From: Eledone cirrhosa
Taxonomy: Eukaryota
Length of the DNA: 64,000 bases
Direction: 5' to 3'
NCBI GenBank assembly: GCA_964016885.1
Contig: OZ024754.1
Span: forward strand, 45,012,001-45,076,000
Shown: in pieces, positions 1-13,365 of the stretch
Numbering within the stretch: the first letter of the stretch is position 1
How the letters are laid out: every line of letters begins with the position of its first letter
The notes under the pieces: generated by a model
The model's input: only the letters and a program-made list of their open reading frames with translations
The model's database searches: none
What the model was told of the DNA's origin: nothing
Program-made: the position numbers and the translations under genes

Positions 1-565
1 TCTGTTTCTGTGTGAGTGTGTGTATATGTATGTATGTTTGTATATATATATATATATATATGCAAAGAATGTATACTTCAGCTATTACGTCCGTACATTT
101 GGTACACATACATACAATAAATCTCGGTCTGTAAATGTACCCAGTATTTACACCCGAGGGTCCACTATAGAATCAATAGGCTCTATTGATATACCGACAT
201 TCAGTGCATCTTAATCAACCATACATGTATAAAGTTATTCACAATTGATACACATGTATATGCTGTCTTTGTATTTTATGCACGAAATCTGACGCCAGAA
301 TGTGGCTGAAACTTCCTCGAAATGTAGTTGCTTGACTGTCTTATGTAACCGTCTTACTGTGAGCATTTTTTGTTGGCGTTCGTATCTCACCTACCACCCT
401 TTCACCTTGCTCTCCCCCCACCCAGAAGACGATCCTTCGTCTTTTCCGCCACCTACAGTCTGATCCCTCCACCTCACCCATTTATTTTAATTTTTTTTTT
501 GTTTTCTTCTAGTCCCCACCCCTGGGCACTTCATATATAGCATTATATATATTTATAACTTATAA

Positions 566-750
566 TAATCGTTTCTACTATAAGCAAAAGGACAGTAATT
601 TTGGGGGAGGGGAAACTCGATCAAATCGACCCCAGCGCATTACTGGTGTTTTATTTTATCGACCCCGTAAGGAAGAAAGGCAAAGTTAACCTCGGCAGGA
701 TTTGAACTCAGAATGTAAAGGGCTGTAACTCTATGCTGCGAATGCTTTTG
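566..750 (-). mobile_element. SINE, dominant family
   Basis: Reverse-complement match to the family consensus. Confidence 0.8.
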
Positions 751-1772
751 AACATAAGTCTGACTTAAGGCTAGGCAGCAACAACAACAACAACAGCAAT
801 AACAACAACATCGCGTAGAATCTACATACATTCTCTGTAAAAAAAAGCCCTAACTCAATTCCTCTTCGCTACATTGCAAAAATACAGATGATGGCTGTAC
901 TACCCGTATTTACATCTCAGCCACTCGGGTCTCACGTTACAAGAACCGTCACCACACCCACCACACCCTTCTGCCACCCCATGACACATCGAAAATACTA
1001 AGATCGATCACCACCAGTGTTTATCCATTCAGAAACGACCAACTAACAGTTCAATATAACCTCATTTTCGTGCCGCATCCTTAAATTATGATACCACCAA
1101 ATACCAGTAATTAGACAAAACACCCTTTATAGAGTAGCTTGGCTTGTAAGAAATAGAAGCTAAATCAATAATGTGTTTATTTTCAATACCACCACCACCA
1201 TCGTCAACAGCACCAATACCACTATCACCACGATCATCCCCACTACCACCACCACACCACCACCACACCACCACTACTACCACCACCACTACCATACCAC
1301 CACCACCATATCACAACCAGCACCATTGCCACCACCATCACCACCATCACCACCATCACCACCATACCACCACCACAACCACCACCACCAAACTTGGCCA
1401 GTCAACCGTATCGTACACTGCTGCGGCCAATGAAAAGACACAATAGATTCCTTTCCCTGTGGTCCTTAATTAAACCTCATTAGAAGTAGAGGTAGGGCTT
1501 TTAATTAAGGTTCAACCTTATTTCCTCTTTACATTAGAATTATTTTCAACTGCGTTGGTGGATGTCATTTTAAGTATCACTGCTTCCAGCTTTCTCTTTT
1601 TCCCTTCTCCCTCTCTCTTATTTTCTCTCCATCCTCCTCACTTCTCCCCCCCCCCCCATGTCTCTCTCACACCCTTCTCTATATATATATATATCAGTTT
1701 CAGTCTATCACTTGGGATCTCTCTTCCTCTCTCTTTCTCTCTCGCTCAATCAACCTCTCTATCAGTCTCCCC

Positions 1773-1822
<50 letters not shown>

Positions 1823-1852
1823 TATAAATGAACGTGTGTATATTATATAGAA

Positions 1853-2025
1853 ATCGGTAGAGGGTCGGACACTATGCCTTGACGCATAGAGTTACGCCCA
1901 TTGCCATTCTGAGTTCAAATCCCGCCGAGGTTAACTTTGCCTTTCATCCGTACGGGGTCGATAAAATAAAGTACCAGTAATGTACTGAGTAATTGCTGGC
2001 CTTGTGCCAAAAGTAGAAACAATAA
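1853..2025 (+). mobile_element. tRNA-derived SINE, dominant family (Nin/Deu-like central domain)
   Basis: B-box gagttcaaatcc plus gcctttcatcc..ggggtcgataaaataaagtaccag; more than 15 copies in the window. Confidence 0.85.
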
Positions 2026-2272
2026 TATAGATGTGTGTGTGTGTTTGAATGTATGTGATTGTCAGTGTAGACATGTATACAAATATAATACACTCACACA
2101 CATACATAACTATAGATAGTTGTTGGCATATCATTGACCTGAGAGTGGAAATATCTTGTCAACATTGCATGTGGCTGAGGAGTAGGGTGGTATCACGTCA
2201 CATGATATTCTCACATTACCACTTCCCAAACAAATCTACCGCAAAGTGGTTATCAGTGATCTTGTGTTTTAT

Positions 2273-2335
<63 letters not shown>

Positions 2336-2336
<1 letters not shown>

Positions 2337-2463
2337 ATTAGTTCCACAACAGCTACTAAGCCATTTGGTTTACTAGCCGTTGTGGAACTAACTTCTACCA
2401 AACTCGTCCCATGGACTGAGTGCTCTACTTACTACGGATATTACCTGCCAGTGTTCTACCACT

Positions 2464-2470
<7 letters not shown>
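2336..2470 (+). mobile_element. Family D micro-element with fold-back (tail-only relative at 13221-13290, - strand)
   Basis: ttagttccacaacagcta / tagccgttgtggaactaa hairpin plus tail ctaccaaactcgt...gagtgctctac, between (TA)n tracts. Confidence 0.55.
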
Positions 2471-2508
<38 letters not shown>

Positions 2509-2839
2509 TCTACATCTGTCTTTCCCCTTGCTACAGTTGAACACGCCATATGTTTATCAAAGCAATTTAACATGCTCCACTGCACCTAACAGATAAGGAA
2601 TTATCTTATATGTAGAGGCCTTATTTACAAACATATACACACTTATATACATGTATACACCCGTATATATATATTCATGTATGTATATATGTATATATGT
2701 ATGTATATATATATGGGATCAATTCATGTTTGTTGTCTGAATAAACACACAAAAATGTGAATCTCGAGGTTGCGACGGGGAGTATTCTGAATATTGAAGA
2801 AATATCTCTATCTTTCCTATTTGTTTATAATCTCTAATA

Positions 2840-3030
2840 TAATTGTTTCTACTTTTGGCACGAGGCCAGCAATTACCCAGTGTATTACTGGCACTTTATT
2901 TTATCGACCCCGTAAGGATGAAAGGCACAGTTAACCTCAGCGGGATTTGAACTCAGAATGGCAAGGGCCGTAACTCTATGCGTCAAAGCATGGCGTCCGA
3001 CCCTCTACCGATACTGCCAATCCACCGCCC
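2840..3030 (-). mobile_element. SINE, dominant family, near full length
   Basis: Reverse-complement match to the family consensus. Confidence 0.85.
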
Positions 3031-3270
3031 TATAATCTCTGATATAATGTTTGCATATATTACATGGTCAACAGAATAGATAGTAGATCTCTATCAATTT
3101 CTCTGGAAGACATCAGATGTGACCACATATTGAGAAGAGCTGCTCTTCACCAGGTTTTAAAAAATACCCATTTCATCCTGTATGTCATTGCATCGTTGAT
3201 ACTTCCCCGCCTTCAATTATGAGATCTACACACACAAACGCACACACATATTCACACACACACACACGCG

Positions 3271-3342
<72 letters not shown>

Positions 3343-3343
<1 letters not shown>

Positions 3344-3542
3344 CAAAGAAGGTGTAGTAAGATACCAGGTGAATTATAACACACCAGAGTACTCGATACT
3401 TAGGGTAGTAGAGTGGGTAATAGGAAAAGAGTCAGGGTCCCGACGGCTGAGCTCCGACCGTTTCGACAGCTAGATCCGACAGCTCGGATCTAGCTGTCGA
3501 AACGGCCGGAGCTCAGCCGTCGGGGTTCTCACTCTTTTCCTA
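3343..3542 (-). mobile_element. PLE-like terminal micro-element, family A, with ~120-nt fold-back
   Basis: Conserved ~80-nt tail plus hairpin 3421-3542 containing GAAAC-GGC...GCC-GTC; set in (TA)n. Confidence 0.7.
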
Positions 3543-3547
3543 TATAC

Positions 3548-3640
<93 letters not shown>

Positions 3641-4137
3641 TATAGAGAGAGAGAGTTTCAAGTTATTTATCTACCTTGAAATATTCTCTTTTGTTAGAGA
3701 AATAAAACTTTAAAACAATATCAAATATGGGACACTTACCCCGCCCCACCAACACACACATATATACATACATACACATACGTACACATCCACACACACA
3801 CATCCACACACGAATACATCCACACACGTACACACACACAATAATTTGTAATGAAGCAGCAAGAATTGAATGTAATCCCCTCAAAAGTAATAGGAATATA
3901 TTGAAGAAGAAAGAAAGAAAGAAAGAAAGAAGAAAAGAATGGAAGTGGGAAAGGGACGGAACGGAAACGTGATAAGAGGAAGGAAATTAATGTAAGGGAG
4001 AGAGGAAATATATGGTAAAAATAAAAGAAACAGTAGTGAGGGAGATGGGGGGAAGAGGGGAGTGTGGGAGAGGAGAGGAAAGATTCTAATTCTGATAGAT
4101 AGATAGGGATATATATATACATATATATATGTGTGTG

Positions 4138-4169
<32 letters not shown>

Positions 4170-4174
4170 CATAC

Positions 4175-4227
<53 letters not shown>

Positions 4228-6194
4228 CATATATATATATATGTATATATGGAGGGAGAATAACCAGGTTATACTCAAAACACTTTTTAACTCTACAAGT
4301 GTTTCAATGTATAATGGCGGGCCATACCACGGTATATACGAGGCATATGTTCGTCGCTCTACATATCTTCAGGGGTTTATATATTGTTATACGTTTCAAG
4401 AGTAATACATACAAGTTGACCTTTACCACTTTCTATTTCGTTTTGGTCAGGTCAGATTCATCGTGCTTGACCAATTGCGAGACTATTTAACCCATAGTTG
4501 GGGTGGATAGCTGTTGACTGAGAAGTTCACGCACCCTTTTAACAGCTCTTTCTTTTTTTGTGTTTTTTTTTTTGTGCTGCTGTGGTCCCACTTACTCTCC
4601 TCACCAGAGTAGGGTTTAGTCGACCATGAAGAACATTGTACGGGATTACATAGCACCAGTAGCAGGCAGTAGCCTGACCTGACCAAAGACCTACTCCTCT
4701 ATATAAAGACGGCTTTTTAACAGTTAGGTTTTGTGCTGCTATGGCTACACTTACTGGAAATCCACTTACTTTCCTCACCAGACCAGGGTTTTCTGGAATA
4801 GCCGGCTTAGTCGACCATGAAGCACGCTGTAGCCTGACCTGACCTGACCAAAACCTCACCCTTCCCCCATAAAAAGACGGTTTAGTCACAGCTGTAATAA
4901 CAACTTCACCACTGCGCCAATATACCATTAACTGCAATCAGTGTTCACCCAATAAACTCCTCAGCTATGTATTATTAATAAACTATTAAATACAAATATT
5001 GAGGAAAATAATAAAAAAAGAAGCATCACAGATCTGATATAGTTTGTTGCCTCTATATGTTTGGGGAATTGAGGCTGTGAAGTTAACGAAGCTATATCGA
5101 TCTGATAATAATCAATAGTTTGAATAGAATAGATAGGGATGGGTTGAAATAAAAAGAGGGTGGGGTGAAGTGGGTAGAGAGTGGGGTAAAGTGGGTAGTG
5201 AGGTGGGGTAAAGTGGGTAGTGGGGTGTTGGTAGAGGAGATGAAAAGGAAAGAGGTTCGCTGATAAAAGAAGTAAAAGTGAGGTAATGAGTGAAGATAGA
5301 GAGAAAGGGGAACAGAAAGAGTGAGATAGAGAGAGAGAGGGAGAGAGTAGAATGAAGAAGAAAGAAAAGAGGGGAGGATGAGAGGGATGGGAGAGGGGAG
5401 TGAGTCCATAAAAGGTAGTAGTGGGTGGGAAGAAGAAAGGAAAGAAAAGGGAAAGAAAGAAGGAGTAGAAATAAGACGAAGAAGAAGAAGGAGTAGAAAG
5501 AAGAAGACGAAGAAGAAGAAGATGGTCAGTAATCTGTAAAGAGAAGATTAGATGAGAAAGAATGAGTAAAACAATGGCTAAATAGATGAAAATGGAACTG
5601 GTGTTACCGAAGACTGTGTCTTTAGATTGTCTTGTGTCACGTGGCTGAGAGTAACATTGGCAACTTGTTCCTTCAACTTGGTCACGTGAGGGAGAGGTGT
5701 CAAACATCACCCTCTCTCTCTCTCCTTCTTTCTTTCTTTCTCTCTCTCTCTCCACTTTCTCTCTCCCTCTTTCTTTCTATCTCCCCTTCATCTCTCTCTC
5801 TCCCCTTCCTCTCTCTCTCTCCTATTTCTCCCCTCTCTCTCCCTCTTGCTTTCTCCCCCCCCCTCTCTCTTCTTTCTCCCCCCCCTCTCTGAAATGAGTC
5901 TTCCAAGATTATGACTCACTACACACCTGTCTTCCTCCTTTCTATTTGTCCATCCATGTTACCTGAACTCAAATATTGCCGGGGTCATTATTCCGGAATC
6001 AATAAAATAAAATACCAGTCAATTACTGGTATCGATATAATCATTTGTTCGCTTCCGCTAGAAATATTTGATATTATGCCCACAATAGAAGCATTTATTC
6101 CTAATGTAACAGAGTGACAGAATCGTTAGAGCGCCGGACAAATTGTCTAGCAGCATTTCTTTCGACTCTTTATATTCCGAGTTCAAATACCAAG

Positions 6195-6628
6195 AATCTT
6201 GGGTAGTGACAGAAGGAATACGATCCCGAATACAAGGGGCCGAAATAGGGTTCCTCCGAAGGGTCTGTGGAGTAAAGTTACTCAATAAAGTGCGTAGCTC
6301 AGTTATCAGAGAGTCACTCCAGGTAGAGCCGCTACTTCTCTGAATTGAGAGATCACAGCTCAGATATTATGGATGACATGTGGTTAGAATGTCTAAAGAA
6401 AGAATTGCCGGACAGGTTTTACGACAGCAGGAGTTGAACCCCGAGCAAGAGGGTTGGATAATATCCATGGGCTTGGCTGGTCACGCTTGGGGATCCAGTC
6501 AGATCAGTTGGAGATGGTTACTTCTGACAGGACCTGCTGGGTGGGGGTTTTGAGGACTCAGCCTCCACGACCCTCACAGGATTAAATGGGCGGAGAAGAA
6601 GAAGAAGGAGAAGGAGAAGAAGAAGAAA
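6195..6628 (+). mobile_element. RTE-clade LINE 3' fragment, degenerate
   Basis: ESWVVTEGIRSRIQGAEIGFLRRVCGVKLLNKVRSSVIRESLQVEPLLL*IERSQLR; ends in a (GAA)n tail. Confidence 0.85.
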
Positions 6629-7122
6629 TACCACCAAATTCAATGTTGTCTTTCAGTTTTCAAGAATCAATAAAATAAAATACTGATCGATTAGAAATAT
6701 GGTGAAATATGTTCCGCCCAAGACCATTATTATTCCACTCCATTCCACTTGACCTTCTACACCTCTCCACTCACACTCCACTCCACCTTCTACCCCTCTC
6801 CACTCACACTCCACTCCTCCTTCCACCTTACTCCACTCCCACGTCTACCCACCCCCCCCTCCACCTTCCACTCCACCTTACATCATCCCATTAACAAACA
6901 GAAGCCAAACGGAAAACAAGACAACCATTGGCGTCGTATTGTGTGAAACTCAACACCTCCCTTATATATATCACCTTTTCTTCCTTTGCCCCCCCCCCCC
7001 TCCCTCTCTCTCCAATTAGTAACACCATATAGAAGAATTTCAGTTACAGTGGACCCTCCCAAACTACATGATACCGAAGGCAAAGGATGTTTGTATATAT
7101 TTACATCTAACTTATTATATAT

Positions 7123-7198
<76 letters not shown>

Positions 7199-7252
7199 CA
7201 CATATGCATACATACATGCATACATGCATACATACTCACACGCACTCACACG

Positions 7253-7318
<66 letters not shown>

Positions 7319-7689
7319 AATAACTAGCTAGATAGACAAATAGATAGATAGACAAATAGATAGATAGATAGATAGATAGATAGAAAAAGAGAAACAAATG
7401 AAAGCGAGACAGAGACAACGACAGAAAGAGAGAGAGAAAGAGTGAGAGAGAGAGAGAGAAGGAGAGAGAGAGAGAGAGGGAGAGAAAGAGAGAGACAAAG
7501 AAAGAGTGAGAGAGAAAGAGGGAAAGGCTTATCAGATGTTAGATTTGACATTTCTGTCAGTGTTACTTCTGTATCCGTTTCCACTTGTATGTATTGTCAC
7601 AATATTTTGGGAGTTAATAGGGTTGGCTTTAACTCACGTCTAGACGCTTTTACTGACAACCTCTCTTAAGTGTGTCTAAAGTCTAACGT

Positions 7690-8000
7690 CTGTCGTAGGC
7701 CAGAAGGCTCGTTAGTCGTGAAGCGACTGAGAGTGCGAGACTTCCCCATGGACAGGACACCAGTCCATCGCACGGTTAAAGTCTGTCTTAAGACAGAGGA
7801 TTCGTTAGCCGTGAAGCGACTGAGAGTACACGACTTGCTCCTGGACAGGACTCCAGTCCATCGCACGGTTAAAGTCTGTCTTAAGCCAGAAGGCTCGTTA
7901 GGTCGGTACTAATCCAGGTTTTATGGCGTGAAGCGATTGACAGTACAAGACTTCCCTCTGGACAGGGCGCCAGTCCATCGCAGGGTTATAACCCCCAGCT
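7690..8000 (-). mobile_element. V-domain-type SINE with a triplicated ~100-bp segment
   Basis: taaccctgcgatggactggcgccctgtccag on the - strand; three tandem copies. Confidence 0.55.
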
Positions 8001-8154
8001 ATGGTACTCATTTTTAGCCTCATTAAGTGTGTAGTACAGCCGAATTCTGATCGAATGGTTGGTGGTTCGAATCACGTCTTCGATGTTGCAACGAGAACAA
8101 AGCAACTAATTAATCATAAATGATATCTTTAAGATAACATGTTCGCATTAGTAT

Positions 8155-8191
<37 letters not shown>

Positions 8192-8240
8192 ATGTATATG
8201 TGTGTGCGTGAGTGTATTGCTTTTGTATACACACAGTCAT

Positions 8241-8339
<99 letters not shown>

Positions 8340-8936
8340 AACAATCAAAACATAAATAAACAACAGCGCTCCCATATTTATCACTGTGAAACAGATACTG
8401 TGTAAGCTTTTAATATATTAGTTACAGCTGAAGCTAAATGGAGCATGACATGAGATGCGCAGTGATAAATCACCGAGGCCATTATATTATAAGACATTAT
8501 ATTGATATCACAATACACAGTAATGGAAGCTTTGTTAGAGATTTCAGCAGTGATATCTGACGAATATCTCTTGTTGCATTAACAACGAGATATTCAGAAA
8601 TGTTTCATGTGCCCGAACATAATTTGAAGCATATATATTGTCCTGAGAACAACAGAAGGGAACTTTACTTGATGAGGACAATAGTAATTTCTTAGCAATG
8701 TTCTCTAGTATTGTTGTATGTTGCAGTAGAGGACTCCTTTTATGGGGTAGCCCGAGGATTAAAATTAACAGCGACTATGATTATTTCCAAAAGTTCCTAG
8801 ACAAGAAATGCAGGAAATCTAACTGAATTCTGGGCCGTTTTTACACTAAAGACCTCTTCCAAATACTTGCAAGAGCTAAACGCCTTCATGGAACAGGTTT
8901 TGGCAGAAAGCAAAGCGAATAATTAAGTTTGCTGTT

Positions 8937-9160
8937 TCAAATAATGATTTTTAATGTATGCTCAAGTAGCAATTTAAAGTGGAAGGGAATGTAGATTGCA
9001 TCAATCCTCATACATGACTGGTACTTTATTTTATCCATTCTCAAAGGATGAAAGGACAATTTGACCTCGGTGGGATTTGAACTCAGAATATAAAGAGCCG
9101 AAACAAAGACTGCAAAGCACTTCTTCCGTCCCACTCTCGATTCTGCCAATCCATCAGCCT
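8937..9160 (-). mobile_element. SINE, dominant family
   Basis: Reverse-complement match, diverged. Confidence 0.75.
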
Positions 9161-9235
9161 TGCCATCCGAAATAATAATAGTTGTTTGTACAGATTTCCC
9201 AGTAGCTTCTGTATTATTTCTTACCTCTCCCTTTG

Positions 9236-9552
9236 ATTTTGAAAGTAGGTTTATAATTATTAATTTTCATTATACTTTTGTAGCTGTCTCTGTAGCCTAG
9301 TTGGAAGAATCATAGACGGGGGTGATCCTGGTCTGAAGTTCGATCCTGGTCGGCAGTAGTGTTTCCGGTAAACCTTTTCAATTTTTTTTTCTATTGGTTG
9401 TAAAATAAAAACTGAAAAAGGTTACATGTACCTCTTGACCAGGATTGAACCCAAGACCAGGATCTCCACCGTCTCTAGTAACTACCGCTAGGCCACAGCG
9501 ACAACTAGGAATGTGTCATGAAAATTCATAGTTATAAACCTACTTTCAAAAT
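9236..9552. mobile_element. Fold-back element with ~140-bp diverged arms, each containing a tRNA-like cassette
   Basis: attttgaaagtaggtttataa / ttataaacctactttcaaaat termini; A-box and B-box motifs in both arms. Confidence 0.65.
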
Positions 9553-9969
9553 TTTCAATACAATATCATGTGGTGTCGTTCATGCCTTTCTTAATGACAT
9601 TGCTCCTACTTAAGGTCAACTTCTAAATAATTTGGGTGTTCCATAAACTATTCCATTGGGCAACTTGGCAACCTGGCCAGTCCGCCACTGTATATATATA
9701 ATTCAGTAAATTAAGAATGGATATTCATTCTTAATTCTTTTTTTTTAATTTTGAGCCTTACAGTTTGTTCCATAACAGTCCGTACCGTAATCTACAGCGT
9801 TTGAACACTCATTCCGCCAATTGGGGGTTACTGATTGACCAAGGATATTGATTAGTATTGAGCTTCTATAATCTATAGCAGGACATGTATTGGTAAACTC
9901 CAATATAACCTAACATATACTATATATATTAGCATCCAAAATTGCAAACTTGACTGTCACCACTGAATA

Positions 9970-10008
9970 TGAACCTGAAGATTGCGAAAGCATGAAAGTA
10001 CTTGTTCA
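9970..10008 (+). ncRNA. Minimal type I hammerhead ribozyme motif
   Basis: TGAAC-CTGAAGA-tTGC(GAAA)GCAt-GAAA-GTAC-TT-GTTCA: 5-bp stem I, GNRA-capped stem II, palindromic AGTACT stem III. Confidence 0.65.
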
Positions 10009-10226
10009 ATTAACATTTAACATTTAATATTCTACCATAATATTTCATTCTAATATCATTATAAATTTAAAGGATTGTAAATAAAACGAGTAAATCAAAC
10101 AAAGTTGGAATTCCTTTTATTAATATAATCTTCTATACACAATCATACACACCCGTGTATATTTATATATATATATATGTCTAGGGCGGGTAACATTTCC
10201 GACGTGTTCTCTGCCCCTCATTATTG

Positions 10227-10306
<80 letters not shown>

Positions 10307-10845
10307 GGGGAGAGAGAGATACTTTCTTTGGAGTCTAATATCTGCTTCACTTCAGGTAGAGTTATTGCCTACATAGACATAGAGGTTTTGTTTTGTTTTA
10401 TTTTTTTCCTAAAGATCCTTAAGGTCATGTCCAATGAATGTATATTTTGTCCTCCTCCAGTGTAGACTTCAAAAGATGGAGAAGCAACGATTTTTCCGCA
10501 TGGGGACACATGCACGTGGAAGACATATCCATTATAAGGATACACAAAAATATCCAGAAGCTAAAATAACTAGGGAAAACATCTCTGGGATTGTCTAAGT
10601 GATGGCATGAACTGCTAAAAATACCATTGATATACCCCTTAGATAACTCCCTAAATTACACCCTAAAGCAAAGAAATATCTAAATCATACCCCGAGGAAG
10701 GAAACATTGAATAAAAGGGCAGAGATGACTGTAGTTAAGTATTTCCTGTTGAAACTACATCATTCTTCGTTCTTCTAGGTTTGATCCCATTAAATATCTT
10801 GAGCAAGTGTTTCCACCATTGCGTCGGGTTGAGCAATGCCTAGTA

Positions 10846-11109
10846 TTCTCGGGTCCCAAATAATAAGGGTGATTGGAACAAGCGAGGGGGTTGGGATTTC
10901 TTGTAATGTACTTTTTTTGTTGTCATGTGTAATGTTTTTTAATGTGTTAAGAAAATTAATTGTCGCAGAAATATAATTATGCCGGAGGTAGATTAGCAAA
11001 TTTAATAAGCGGTGGTGGGGAGAGGAATAAGAAGGGGGGGGGGGGAGAAAAAAAATGTGAAAAATTAGTAATCGGAGCGGGGTGGGGACGATTATTTGAG
11101 ACACGAGAG
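10846..11109. mobile_element. MITE with ~20-bp TIRs and TA flanks
   Basis: ta-ttctcgggtcccaaataat ... attatttgagacacgagag-ta. Confidence 0.65.
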
Positions 11110-11159
11110 TAAGTGAAATGTGGTAGTCGGGAAACTGTGCGGAAGTCTGTCATACATGT

Positions 11160-11285
11160 GTGTATGACTGGAGCAACGTGAAATAAAGTGTCTTGCTCAA
11201 GGACACAACACGCCACCTGGAATCGAATTCATGACATTACGGTCGTGAGCCGAATACTCCTAACCACTAAGCCACGTGTCTTCAC
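11160..11285 (-). mobile_element. Second tRNA-derived SINE family (head also at about 40562-40640, + strand)
   Basis: cgtggcttagtggttagg A-box, ttcgattcc B-box, ttgtgtccttgagcaagacacttta core. Confidence 0.65.
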
Positions 11286-11762
11286 ACCACACAATACACT
11301 TGCATAGAAAATACCTATATATTTGTATACAATATATACACATATTGTACGACCTCTACCCCCCCCCCCCACAATTAAATATACAACAGCAACATAAATA
11401 AGTAAATACATACATATATACATAATATAAAATAAAAGAGAATATGACAAAGTAAAGAGAGTTTTGTCATTGACAAGTTCTACACGTATGAGTCAGCCAT
11501 TGTGCGACAGGTCTTGTGAAAAAATCTCCGTGTTGGTATTTTATGTGTTATATAAATGCAATGTCGTCTTTTTAAAGTTACTTTTCCCACAATCGACCAT
11601 ATAGAATTCATTAACGAATGTCCTCACTCATTCAATTTATTCTTTGATTCGTATCTTATTCTGTGTGTGTGTATGTGTGTTTGTGTATGTGTCTATGGTT
11701 ACATTTTCATAGCTATACTTGTTTATCTATCCATATGTCTGTCTACCTGTCCCTCTTTCTTT

Positions 11763-12063
<301 letters not shown>

Positions 12064-12562
12064 ATTTAGTTATTACTGGGGAAAAATATATTGTACGCAT
12101 CTATGTATATAATGGAACATAGATAAAAACGTATACTTTCATGCTGAACTTTCGAGAAGTCTTACATATCTACACCAGTTACAGACTATAGTTCTAGATC
12201 AAATACTTGTTAAATGGTTGGAGTCTCTGGAACTGCCAGCATTTACAGGATTGCTGCTTGGATACTTTGTAAGATAACGATATGGAGGATTAGCGGTAGA
12301 AATAGGAATTTAGAATTTATAATCTGGTTGTTGTCCATAAATGTTCGATTTCTCATTGATTTTGAATGACATGTTTACATCCTCTGAGAACCTAATCTCT
12401 GTCCCCCTCTCCCCACCCTCCCATCTCCGCCTCCTCTCTCCCCCATCAGCCCCTCTCCCTTTCTTTCTCTCACCACACACACACGCGCACACACATTCAC
12501 ACACATGTATGTATATCTCTCGCTATCAATCTACAGATCTAACTAAATCTATCTATATGCTT

Positions 12563-12700
12563 ATAACGAAGTAGTTGTGGTAAGGAACCAGATGGGCCAT
12601 AACGCACCAGAGTACTCAATACTTAGGGTAGTAGAGTGGGTAATAGGAAAATGTATGACCGAAACGGCTTGAGCTCTGCCGTCGGGGTCATACATTTTCC
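12563..12700 (-). mobile_element. Family A micro-element with fold-back
   Basis: Same tail; arms ggaaaatgtatgacc / ggtcatacattttcc. Confidence 0.65.
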
Positions 12701-12997
12701 AATATGCTTATATATATATATATATATATATTCTCAGATGTGAGAAAAACCACAGACCCTCCATCTCAACTCTACTTTTGAAAAGCAGAAGAACTGCGAA
12801 ACCGGTAAAGGAACCAAATAAATATATATATTTAAAAAAAAAAATAAGACTCCAGTTGCATTTTCGATTTCATCTTTTTTTCTTTATACTTTCACTCGTG
12901 TAGGACACCTCGGTTATTTTTCATTTTGTAAAAAAACCTCACTTTCTAATATATATATATATATATTGCGGTCTCTCTTTCTCACTCTGTCCCCCGC

Positions 12998-13040
<43 letters not shown>

Positions 13041-13184
13041 CTAACAATAAAAAGGACGTGTTAGTTAGGTCTTCATTACGTTTATTGAGGTGTGACGCGC
13101 GTTTCGCGATTGATCAACTCAAGGTTCGAACTGTATCGAGTTGACCCGACTCTGGAATCGAAAGCTCGTCGGACTTCTGTTATG

Positions 13185-13225
<41 letters not shown>

Positions 13226-13287
13226 AGAACACTGGAGGGTTATATCCGTATTAGTAGAGCATTCAGTCAATGAAACGAGTTTGGTAG

Positions 13288-13365
<78 letters not shown>

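Noticed and set aside
8025-8090. tRNA gene (ggttcgaatc B-box)
   Set aside because: No complete cloverleaf; probably a decayed SINE head.
8430-8740. Possible hAT transposase remnant (DEDNSNFLAM)
   Set aside because: Only a short motif amid stops, too degenerate to call by eye.
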